This document shows, one piece after another, positions 23,412-31,502 of a stretch of DNA of 32,000 nt. Position 1 is the stretch's first letter, and each line of letters begins with the position of its first letter. Position numbers and translations under genes: made by a program. Below the pieces are notes generated by a model that was not told the origin of the DNA, did not search any database, and worked only from the letters and a program-made list of their open reading frames with translations. This DNA comes from Sinorhizobium meliloti (GTDB lineage Bacteria > Pseudomonadota > Alphaproteobacteria > Rhizobiales > Rhizobiaceae): contig NZ_JAGIOS010000002.1 in the NCBI RefSeq assembly GCF_017876815.1, positions 1,290,001 through 1,322,000 of the forward strand, read 5' to 3'.

Positions 23412-24436
23412 GGATTGTCTTTCGTGGCAATTGTGCCGCCGGGCACCGGGACGACGGCGTGAGTGACATGCCGGGCGGGCACGCCCGGATGGCGGAAGCG
23501 AAACTGCATCATGGCGACCGCTTCGCAGCCGAGCGCTGCGCGGTCGACACGCATCGTCGACAGGCGCGGATTGGCCATGTCGGCGCAGGGCAGGTCGTCG
23601 AAACCGATGATCGCGAAATCGTCCGGTACGCGCCGGCCGAGTTCGGTCACCGCCTCTAGAACGCCCACGGCGATGAAGTCGTTCATGCAGAAGGCCGCGG
23701 TGAAACCCTCGTCCTCGGCAAGAGCCGCGAGCGTTGCCGCATGGGCTTCGGCGCTGGAGTTGTTCGCGAACGGCAGGCGGATGACACGCGCATGGCCGCC
23801 ATCCACGGAAGCGACCGCCGCTTCGAAGCCGCGCACGCGCTCGCGGATCGTATGCCGATGCGATCCGGTCAGGTGGAGGATACGCCGGTGGCCGGCGTCC
23901 AGCAGCATCCGCGTCGCCGCGAAGGCGCCGAAGAAGTTCGGCGGCGAGACACCGTCGAAGCGTAATTGCGGATCGACGCCATTGACAAGGACGACGGGGG
24001 TGTGGCTTTCCACGAGCCATTCCGCAAGCGCCTGACAGGGATCTATGCCGACCAGGAAAAGCCCTTGCGCACCAACCGATTGCATATGTTCGCCAACGGC
24101 TTGCGGCGTAGCCTTCGCCTCGTTCACGAGGCGAATGTCGAAAGACATGCCCTGCTCGGTCGCCTCGGAGCGCAGGCCATCGACAATGCCCTGGTAAAAT
24201 GCGCTCAGACTGCCCGTGACGCCGTTGCTCGCGATCAGTGCCAGCGCGCGAGGTGCTGCCGCAGCATCTGCTTTGAGGGGGTAGCCGAGGTCATTTGCGA
24301 CCTTGAGAATCTGTACCCGGACATCCTCGCTGATGCCGGGCTCATTCGCGAGGGCGCGTGAGACGGTAGATACTGAAACTCCTGCTTGTGCGGCAATGTC
24401 AGCTTGGCGGAGTCTTCTGGAGGGTCTTTCTATCAT
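23408..24436 (-). CDS. LacI-family transcriptional regulator
   Basis: N-terminal HTH RQADIAAQAGVSVSTVSRALANEPGISEDVRVQILKVANDLGY, followed by a periplasmic-binding-protein-like sugar-binding core. ATG 24436 is preferred over TTG 24454. Confidence 0.88.
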   Translation of the reverse strand: MIERPSRRLRQADIAAQAGVSVSTVSRALANEPGISEDVRVQILKVANDLGYPLKADAAAAPRALALIASNGVTGSLSAFYQGIVDGLRSEATEQGMSFDIRLVNEAKATPQAVGEHMQSVGAQGLFLVGIDPCQALAEWLVESHTPVVLVNGVDPQLRFDGVSPPNFFGAFAATRMLLDAGHRRILHLTGSHRHTIRERVRGFEAAVASVDGGHARVIRLPFANNSSAEAHAATLAALAEDEGFTAAFCMNDFIAVGVLEAVTELGRRVPDDFAIIGFDDLPCADMANPRLSTMRVDRAALGCEAVAMMQFRFRHPGVPARHVTHAVVPVPGGTIATKDNP

Positions 24437-24445
24437 GGCGCAAAC

Positions 24446-24495
24446 ATTGCGCAATCAATGCAAATTTGCAAGATCGAAAAGAAATATTGCGCAAT
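24446..24495. promoter_or_regulatory. Candidate operator set in the divergent LacI/solute-binding-protein intergenic region
   Basis: The perfect 10-bp palindrome ATTGCGCAAT occurs twice (24446-24455 and 24486-24495, centres 40 bp apart). The perfect 12-bp palindrome TGCAAATTTGCA (24459-24470) lies between them. Confidence 0.5.
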
Positions 24496-24583
24496 GAAGA
24501 TTTTTGCATAAGCTCTTGCGTTAATTGAGACCTGCAGGTGCTGGAGGAGAGTGCCGCGCAGGGCAGCACAGGGGAGGACTAGA

Positions 24584-25870
24584 ATGCTACTCAACAGACG
24601 CAGATTCATGATCGGCGCGGCTGGCGCAGCGACGGGTATCGCCCTTGGTTCCCAGTCAGGCCTTGCGGCCGAGACCGTGCAGTTGCGCGCGATGTGGTGG
24701 GGATCCAACGACCGCTCGAAGCGGACCTTGGCGGTCGCCAAGCTTTTCGAGGAGAAGAACCCGGATATCAGGATAGTCGGCGAGAGCTTGAGCGGCGACG
24801 GGTACTGGACGAAACTCGCCACTCAGATGGCCGGTCGCGCCATTGCCGATATCTTCCAGCTCGAGCCCAGTACGATTTCGGACTATTCCAAGCGCGGCGC
24901 CTGCATGGCGCTCGATCCCTTCATCTCTTCGGCGCTCCACGTCGACGCCTTCGGCAAGGACGTGCTGAATTTGACGACGGTGGACGGAAAGCTCTGGGGT
25001 GTCGGCCTCGGTCTCAATTCCTTCGCGCTGTTCTACGACGCCGATGCCTTCGCCAAAGCCGGGATCACGCCGCCAGGGGTCGACACCACCTGGGAGGAAT
25101 ATGCCGACATCGCCATCGAGATGACCAAGGCGGCCGGCAAGAAGAATGTCTGGGGCGGACCCTATGGAGCACGCTATGCCTATGTCTTCGATGCCTGGCT
25201 CCGCCAGCGTGGCAGCAGTCTCTACACCGACACGGGTCTCGGCTTCAGGGTCGAGGAGGCGAAGGAGTGGTACGCCTATTGGGAGGAGTTGCGCAAGCGC
25301 GGCGGCACCGTCGGCGCAGACATTCAGACGCTCGATCAGAACACCATCGACACCAACTGCCTGGCGCTCGGCTACTCGGCGATGGGCATGGCCTATTCGA
25401 ACCAGATGGTCGGCTACCAACTCATCATGAAAAGCAAGCTCGGCATCGGCATGCTACCGCGCGCCGAGAAAGGCGGCCCCTCCGGCCATTACTATCGCCC
25501 GGCGCTGATCTGGAGCATCGGTGCATCGACTGAACACGGCGAAGCGGCCGCCAAGTTCATCAACTTCTTCGTCAACGATGTCGAGGCCGGCAAGATCCTC
25601 GGCGTCGAGCGCGGCGTACCCATGTCGCCGACGGTTCGCGAAGCCATCCTGCCGTCGCTCAACCCGACGGAGACGGAAACGGTGAAATACATCAACGCCC
25701 TCAAGGATCAGGTGGGCGGCTATCCGTCGCCGGCGCCGCTCGGATCGACCGAGTTCGACCAGCGCGTGCTGCGCCCTATCGCCGATGAACTTGCCTTTGA
25801 GCGCATTTCGATCGACGAGGCCGCCACGCGTCTGGTCGACGAAGGCAAGGCCACGGTCCGCGCCGGCTGA
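24584..25870 (+). CDS. ABC-transporter extracellular solute-binding protein (sugar family) with a TAT-type signal
   Basis: ATG 24584 follows GGGGAGGA. The signal is MLLNRRRFMIGAAGAATGIALGSQSGLAA. The mature part has the family 1 SBP pattern (MWWGSNDRSKR..., DIFQLE, FALFYDADAF). No permease or ATPase genes follow. Confidence 0.88.
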   Translation: MLLNRRRFMIGAAGAATGIALGSQSGLAAETVQLRAMWWGSNDRSKRTLAVAKLFEEKNPDIRIVGESLSGDGYWTKLATQMAGRAIADIFQLEPSTISDYSKRGACMALDPFISSALHVDAFGKDVLNLTTVDGKLWGVGLGLNSFALFYDADAFAKAGITPPGVDTTWEEYADIAIEMTKAAGKKNVWGGPYGARYAYVFDAWLRQRGSSLYTDTGLGFRVEEAKEWYAYWEELRKRGGTVGADIQTLDQNTIDTNCLALGYSAMGMAYSNQMVGYQLIMKSKLGIGMLPRAEKGGPSGHYYRPALIWSIGASTEHGEAAAKFINFFVNDVEAGKILGVERGVPMSPTVREAILPSLNPTETETVKYINALKDQVGGYPSPAPLGSTEFDQRVLRPIADELAFERISIDEAATRLVDEGKATVRAG

Positions 25871-25898
25871 ACCGGCCGGTGCCAGCGGATTTCCGATT

Positions 25899-25937
25899 AG
25901 ATCGTTTCTCTGTGCCATCGAAACGGAGAAACGATCT
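25899..25937 (+). terminator. Hairpin after the solute-binding-protein gene (possible terminator)
   Basis: Perfect 12-bp arms AGATCGTTTCTC (25899-25910) and GAGAAACGATCT (25926-25937) with a 15-nt loop, followed by ACCTCTTTG. The loop is long and the T tract weak. Confidence 0.4.
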
Positions 25938-26513
25938 ACCTCTTTGAAGCTAAAGGACGAAAGCCGCCAAAACTTTTCTTCCGAAGCGCTTTACGTTGCC
26001 CCAGGCTAGGCTCCGTGGCCTTGCTCCTGTGTCGCATAGGGGAGAGGGATGGACGTCGAAGTTCAGCGGGCCTCGGGGTTGCCGTCTTCATCGTCGCTAT
26101 GTCGATCCTGGTCGCAGATGAAGTCGCTGGCTCGCCAAACCTCACAGCGGTGGAGATAGGCTTTGCCCCAAGCCGCAATTGGAGCACGTAACTGAATGGG
26201 CGACGGCTCTGGTCACTTTCCATTCGGGGCCGGCCGTGAGGCGATGAAGGTGCCGCAGGCGACCGTGATCGCCGCAACCGCGAACAGGTCGATAAACGGA
26301 GAGCAACCGACGAGATGCTCAAGGTCACATGCACCAGCGTGGCTGTTTAGGACGTCACAGCCGGATTAGCCGCCATAGACGCGTGGCCGGAGGCTGCAAA
26401 TCCGCATATCACCAGGAGAATGATCATTCCGTCGATGTATTGGGCCTACCCCAAATGGCGAGCCGAACAAATACGACGGAGCGCCGCTCTCATCGTCCAA
26501 GAAGGTTTGTTCC

Positions 26514-26726
26514 CTAGGCGTGGTTAGGCGCAGCCCATTGGAGCTGGAACAGGATGCTGTCATCGCGTGAAGGGAACCAGCAGTGGGCGTCGAGACCGGC
26601 TGTTTCCGCTTCGCTGCTTGGATCCTTGAGAACATAGCACCCCGCATAGGTCTTTACGGATTTGCAAAGCCTCTCCAAATCAGAGTGATGGACATTTCTG
26701 ACGAGAACCGGCTCGAACTCTTCCAT
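26514..26726 (-). CDS. Small hypothetical protein (70 aa), no recognised family
   Basis: ATG 26726 is preceded by GGGAG at 6 nt. The amino-acid composition is balanced, unlike the surrounding Arg/Pro-rich shadow ORFs, and the local GC looks lower. There is no motif support. Confidence 0.3.
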   Translation of the reverse strand: MEEFEPVLVRNVHHSDLERLCKSVKTYAGCYVLKDPSSEAETAGLDAHCWFPSRDDSILFQLQWAAPNHA

Positions 26727-27000
26727 TGGCCGCTCCCTGCGATCCTGTTGGCAAGAGTATTATCGAAAGCTAATCATGGAAAGATCAAGGCAGAGGTTCA
26801 GATTTTCTGAACCGAAATACCTTCTTCGCCGTTCTCGATCTTGACTCCGAGTCCCTGCGTGTTTCTGGAGTCGAGGGAAGCGCAAGTTTGGCCGTTTTGG
26901 CCACACCAGCCAGAGACATTCACTAGGCGCTGGAGTATTATTGGGTTGGCCTGGGACATGGCACCCCGAGCGTGGCAGTACACGAAAACTGGGTGGTCAC

Positions 27001-28875
27001 ATGGACGATCCGACCATGCACAGACGTCTGACGGCCATCCTTGCCGCAGACGTAGTGACCTATAGCCGCCTCATGGCCCGGGATGAGGCGGGTACTCATG
27101 CGGCATGGAAATCGCACCGAAAGGACCTGATCGACCCCAAGATCGTCGAATATGAGGGGCGCATCGTGAAGCTCACCGGCGATGGATTTCTGGCGGAGTT
27201 TCCAAGCGTCGTGAATGCGGTCACCTGCGCTGCGACGGTCCAGCGGGGAATGCTAGAGCGCAATGTGGATGTGCCGCGGCCAAGCCGGATCGAGCTTCGC
27301 ATGGGCATCAACCTTGGAGACGTGATCGTTGAAAGCGACGACATCTTCGGGGACGGCGTCAACGTTGCTGTGCGACTTGAAAAAATAGCGGCGCCTGGCG
27401 GTATCGCGGTATCTGCGGCCGTCCGCGATAACGTCGGCAACAGGCTGGATCTTCGATTTGAGGACATGGGCGAGCAGGCGCTCAAGAACATCGACCGGCC
27501 GGTGCGAGCCTACAGCATTTCTCTGGATTTTCCGGCGGCTCAAAGAACGGTCGGCTCGGATGCAGGCACCCGAGAGCCCTGGGAGATTGAGAAGCCGTCC
27601 ATCGCGGTCCTGCCCTTCAACAATATAAGCGGCGACCCTGAGCAAGAGTATTTCAGCGACGGGATCACCGAGGACATCATTACCGACCTGTCGAAAATCT
27701 CCGGCCTGTTCGTTGTCGCGCGCAATACGGCATATACCTACAAGAATAAGCCGGTGAAGGTGCAGGAGGTGAGCCGGGATCTCAGGGTTGGCTATATCCT
27801 AGAAGGAAGCGTCCGTAGGGTCGGCTCACGTGTGCGCGTCACCGCGCAACTTGTTGAGGGTAAGGGCGGTGGTCACCTGTGGGCCGATCGCTACGATTGG
27901 GATCTCACCGAGATCTTCGCCCTTCAAGACGAGATCACCCATACCATTGTCGACCACTTGAAGGTCAAGCTGCTCCCAGAGGAGAAGAAGGACATCGGTC
28001 GAGTGCCGACCGGGAACTTCGAGGCCTATGCCTATTACCTGAGAGGACGCCAATTCCTGCATTGGCACTCAAAGTCGCATTACGTTCTGGCGAAGCGTAT
28101 GTTCGCCATGGCGGTCAAACTTGACCCACTTTATGCGCGGGCCTACGCGGGAATTGCTGATTGCGATTCCTTCCTCTTCCTTCACTACAACGCTGACGTG
28201 TCGATCGACGGCATTTTGGCAACCAGCGCAAAGGCGCTGGATCTTGAGAGCGGTCTCGCAGAAGCGCACGCTTCACTCGGCCTGGCTCTGTCGCTTCGTG
28301 AGCGACATTCGGAAGCGATGGCGGAGTTCGATCAGGCGATTGCCCTCGATCCCGACCTGTTTGAAGCCCATTATTTCTATGCCCGAGCCTGCTTCACCCA
28401 GGGTAAGCTGGACGAAGCAGCCCGGCTTTTCCAGCGCGCCGCAGACATCAAACCTGACGATTACCAATCCTTGCTTGTGCTCATTAACGTTCTCCGGTCG
28501 CTCGGGCGCGAGCAAGAAATGAACGCCGCGGCGCGGGAAGGAGTGGCGCGAGCCGAGCGTGAGCTCATGATGCGTCCGGAAAATCCAAGACCCGCCTATT
28601 TGGGGGCTGTAGGGCTTGCGGCACTTGGTGAGCTTGATCGGGCTAAGGAATGGGCGGTACGCGCTTTGGCGATTGATCCCGACGATCGCCTTGCCAAATA
28701 TAACGTGGCTTGTTTTTATTCGCTCCAGGGCGAACCTGATCGAGCCATCGACTTGCTAATCGAGCTTCTCCCGGGGGCCACCCATGAGACGAAGAGGTGG
28801 GTAAAATACGACTCGGACCTCGACCCGCTCCGTAACCATCCCCGGTTCCCGATGGTCCTTGAACTCCTCGGGTGA
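27001..28875 (+). CDS. Class III adenylate/guanylate cyclase fused to a TolB-N-like domain and TPR repeats
   Basis: Cyclase motifs: RRLTAILAADVVTYSRLM, KLTGDGFLAEF, RMGINLGDVIV...DIFGDGVNVAVRLE. Next comes IAVLPFNNISGDPEQEYFSDGITEDIITDLSK. The protein ends with TPR-like helices. ATG 27001 is in frame with the track start at 26941. Confidence 0.88.
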   Translation: MDDPTMHRRLTAILAADVVTYSRLMARDEAGTHAAWKSHRKDLIDPKIVEYEGRIVKLTGDGFLAEFPSVVNAVTCAATVQRGMLERNVDVPRPSRIELRMGINLGDVIVESDDIFGDGVNVAVRLEKIAAPGGIAVSAAVRDNVGNRLDLRFEDMGEQALKNIDRPVRAYSISLDFPAAQRTVGSDAGTREPWEIEKPSIAVLPFNNISGDPEQEYFSDGITEDIITDLSKISGLFVVARNTAYTYKNKPVKVQEVSRDLRVGYILEGSVRRVGSRVRVTAQLVEGKGGGHLWADRYDWDLTEIFALQDEITHTIVDHLKVKLLPEEKKDIGRVPTGNFEAYAYYLRGRQFLHWHSKSHYVLAKRMFAMAVKLDPLYARAYAGIADCDSFLFLHYNADVSIDGILATSAKALDLESGLAEAHASLGLALSLRERHSEAMAEFDQAIALDPDLFEAHYFYARACFTQGKLDEAARLFQRAADIKPDDYQSLLVLINVLRSLGREQEMNAAAREGVARAERELMMRPENPRPAYLGAVGLAALGELDRAKEWAVRALAIDPDDRLAKYNVACFYSLQGEPDRAIDLLIELLPGATHETKRWVKYDSDLDPLRNHPRFPMVLELLG

Positions 28876-28879
28876 GAGA

Positions 28880-29107
28880 GACTGCGGCGGAGACTATCGG
28901 CAACTTAGGCAGGCCAATGAGATCCGGGGCGATGGCTTGAGACGTCCAAGCGCTACGCTCAAGCCGCGCATCGGGAACATCTTGACTCACCGTGCTAATG
29001 AACTGGCAGCAGTCAATGCGAGCAGACCCGATCCCCAGGGCGAGATCATACCGGAATCCGGGGCCTAATCATCTGTGAACAAAGGCGCGGCTTCATCGGG
29101 ATCGGCA
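28880..29107 (+). mobile_element. Solo right-end remnant of a second, diverged IS21-family element
   Basis: It aligns by eye with 12290-12482. The istB tail ANEIRGDGLRR corresponds to AHRIELSGDSLRR. After that, AATGAACTGGCAGCAGTCAAT...CAGGGCGAGATCATACCGGAATCCGGGGCCTAATCATCTGTGAACAAAGGCGCGGCTTCATCGGGATCGGCA ends in CA at 29107. No istA or left end is present. Confidence 0.7.
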
Positions 29108-29202
29108 CACGGGATGCCTCGACCCATCTGACGGACCGCTACAGCGAGCGGAAGGAACAGGCGGCCGAACTTGAGAGGTTGGTGTCGCTCAGGTCGAGCT
29201 AG

Positions 29203-29487
29203 TCACTCGCTAGACGCAGCCATGCGATCAATGCAGCCATGCCGATCGTACCAAGCAGGGCATTGACGAACAGCGCCGAGGCGATTCCCGAGGTTTTCCA
29301 TCGCGGCGGACAACACGAAGGGAGCGGCGGCACCAACTGCGAGCCTTGTCGCTGCCATCTTGCCCGTGCTCGCGCCGTAGCCAGCGGACCCGAAGAGATA
29401 GAGCGGCGATCCTGTCGATCCCGGACCGTAGTCCAAAGCAGATCGCAGAGGCCAGCGCGCTATTGAGAGCAATGGATACGGTTCCAA
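29203..29487 (-). pseudogene. Possible C-terminal fragment of an MFS transporter
   Basis: PLYLFGSAGYGASTGKMAATRLAVGAAAPFVLSAAMENLG resembles the LFGxxGYGxxxG...AxAP tail seen in a rhizobial MFS family. Only ~90 aa are open and no upstream TM region is present. Confidence 0.3.
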
Positions 29488-29804
29488 GCGATTACGGTCC
29501 GATCGACGCTCCTAAACGAAGACTGAGACTGCAGCGAAGAAGGCAACAGATCTGTTGCGGAAATTTCACCAATTTTGCGGAGCGGGCGCGCAGGTCTTTA
29601 TCGCCATGAGGCCGAGACGGTCGCTCGAACTTATAGATGGAAGAGGGCGTCCAACAATCCTTCATGCGGAGCGTTTCAATTTCAGCGCGCACCGAAGGAG
29701 GAGCGCGACGCGTCCTGCCGAGCGCGTCAAAATTAATAGAATGGACTACAGCTCTCGCCGTAGTCGCCTTGCGCCATTGATCATCACGACATTGACTTGA
29801 ACGT

Positions 29805-30065
29805 TCAAACAATGCCCGAGAATTTCTGATGCTCGCGCACGTAGGCTTTTGCAGCCGCCTCGAGGCTCTTGCACTTCTTCTCGGACTTAAGCAGAGCGTG
29901 ATCATCTTTCTCGGGCGAGCATCGAAGAACGTCACGCCGCAAACAGGCGCCCTCGTAGACCAAGCATAACTTCAAGAACACCAAATCCAGGGACATCCAT
30001 GCCTTGCCGCGCAACTCAGGTGCGGCCAAAAGCAAACGGGCCATTCCTGCCTTCTGCGCATCCAT
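29805..30065 (-). CDS. Small hypothetical protein, no recognised family
   Basis: 86 aa from the internal ATG (MDAQKAGMARLLLAAPELRGKAWMSLDLVFLKLCLVYEGACLRRDVLRCSPEKDDHALLKSEKKCKSLEAAAKAYVREHQKF). The composition is protein-like and there is no motif support. The track start is 30104. Confidence 0.3.
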   Translation of the reverse strand: MDAQKAGMARLLLAAPELRGKAWMSLDLVFLKLCLVYEGACLRRDVLRCSPEKDDHALLKSEKKCKSLEAAAKAYVREHQKFSGIV

Positions 30066-30454
30066 GGCGGTGTTCACTTTCGTTGAAGAGCCAATTCGTC
30101 TCAACGGGTGCTGCTAGGAAAAAGTTCCGCCTCTCCGGCTGCTGTTGTGTTGCGTGCACGGGCTAGGACGGCGCCTCACACATCCACCCTTCCATAATCC
30201 CAACCCGGCCAATCAGCGCCATAACCGCTCAGCCAGGTCCGCGCTGCCGCAAAGTGCAGGATGAACGAGAGAACGTGCGTCACAGCTTGTGGCGCTAGAC
30301 AAGTACGGCGACCGATCCGGAGGAACGGAGATTAGACCGGGCAGAAAAGCGTTGGCCTGAAGACCGCCACCCGTGCTCTAAGCGCCCACGCTCTGAGACC
30401 AAGCCTGAAAACAACCTCCGCGACATAGCCATCCTCATGCCTTCGTTTCCCTTT

Positions 30455-30481
30455 ACAAGGGGAGGGTAGCGGCGTGATCTC
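30455..30481 (+). repeat. Direct repeat copy A (CAAGGGGAGGGTAGCGGCGTGATCTC)
   Basis: It shares CAAGGGGAGGG-yAGC-(GGC)-rTGATCTC with copy B at 30801-30824. Copy A lies at the 3' end of the DUF982 gene. Confidence 0.6.
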
Positions 30482-30731
30482 AACGCAGGGTTTTAATCTT
30501 CGCCTCTTCGACCGCCGCGAGGAAAGCGTCTCGTGCAGGCGCCGCCGAGGCGGCGCCGAGCATCGCATCCGTGCAGGCGTTCAGCGCCGCGGAATAGCTT
30601 CGGCCGTTCGTATCCGGCCAGTTTTCGCTAAGCAATTGAGCCGCATAAGCGGGCGACCACACGATTTGAATGCCTTCGAGATTGGGCAGATCGATGATTA
30701 CGCATTCGTCCCAGTTCTCAGCCATGTTCAT
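30480..30731 (-). CDS. DUF982 domain-containing protein
   Basis: 83 aa. WDECVIIDLP...IQIVWSPAYAAQLLSENWPDTNGRSYSAALNACTDAMLGAASAAPARDAFLAAVEEA follows the DUF982 pattern (W..PV, A..L...WP, C..A..G, AR.AF..AA.EA) common in rhizobia. Confidence 0.78.
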   Translation of the reverse strand: MNMAENWDECVIIDLPNLEGIQIVWSPAYAAQLLSENWPDTNGRSYSAALNACTDAMLGAASAAPARDAFLAAVEEAKIKTLR

Positions 30732-30800
30732 TTTTACCTGCTGTTTCTCACGGTCTAACCGACTTCCCTCTCAATCGTTCCAGAGTAACTACCGTGGCTT

Positions 30801-30824
30801 GCAAGGGGAGGGCAGCATGATCTC
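30801..30824 (+). repeat. Direct repeat copy B (CAAGGGGAGGGCAGCATGATCTC)
   Basis: See copy A. Copy B lies ~70 nt upstream of the DUF982 start, on the opposite strand. Confidence 0.6.
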
Positions 30825-31148
30825 GCTCCACCTCCCATATCTGCCGTCCGGCTGGGACCTCCTACAACGACTGGGGCAAGACCGCCGCCCGTCCCCATCC
30901 TGTAAGAAGTGGCGGAACGACGCCGGCTACTCATCAAGGCCTGAAGCAGGCGATTGCCAGCCGTCGCTCTGCTTTCGGCGCCAAAACATGCGGCAGCATT
31001 TGACAAACGCTCAAAAAGGATTCTCGACTGCCTTCAGCACTACGGCTTCATCAAGAACGACAATCTCTGCGGACGCCTGATCCTGGGACGGCGGTCTGCG
31101 GGCCGAGTGCGAGGGCATCATCCAAGTACGCGAAAAAGGGATTGCGGC

Positions 31149-31502
31149 GTGAGCGTGATTGCCGCCGCCCTGAAGCTCATGCGTGCCGATGGCATGGACT
31201 CCGACGCGATCGTTGCCGCTGTCGCGGAGATGGAGCGTGAGATGACGTCGGGCGTCGACCGTGCTGCCGAGAAGCGGCGCGAGTGGGATCGCTAAGGGAT
31301 GCGGAAACGGCGGAATTTGTCCGGTGGAAACAGGTGGAATCGGGTGGCCGCTGAGCCCTTTCCTCCCCGGAGATCGCCGCGACGCTCACCAACCGCCCGC
31401 CAGAGATCGATCGGTCTCCTGAGGTTATGGCCCGCGTCCGCGCACGGCTGTTCTAGTTCCGGCAGGAAAATGCAGCGTCGAAGGCAGCGACCGGAGCCGT
31501 GA
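31149..31502 (+). pseudogene. Phage/plasmid-type small basic protein interrupted by an in-frame TAA
   Basis: VSVIAAALKLMRADGMDSDAIVAAVAEMEREMTSGVDRAAEKRREWDR-TAA(31293-31295)-GMRKRRNLSGGNRWNRVAAEPFPP... is a single frame on both sides of the stop. The ...RRxWDRxxKRRN.SGG pattern recalls small proteins of alphaproteobacterial prophage regions. This rests on my recollection and is weak. Confidence 0.3.

Noticed and set aside
20551-24020. Very long track ORFs 20551-22044 (497 aa) and 21558-24020 (820 aa)
   Set aside because: The upstream 160-200 codons are Arg/Pro/Gly-rich, overlap the preceding genes, and precede obvious true starts (ATG 21561 and 23411) that form ATGA overlaps with the upstream stops.
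24656-25533. 254-aa minus-strand and 279-aa plus-strand alternative ORFs inside the solute-binding-protein gene
   Set aside because: The SBP frame has a signal peptide and family motifs. The alternatives are Arg/Gly-rich artefacts.
29492-29935. 147-aa minus-strand ORF with a faint tyrosine-recombinase-like ..HGDKDLRARSAKLV.. stretch
   Set aside because: The similarity is too weak to call: no clear R..HxxR..Y set. The composition is Arg/Ser-rich, and it overlaps the 29805-30065 ORF in another frame.
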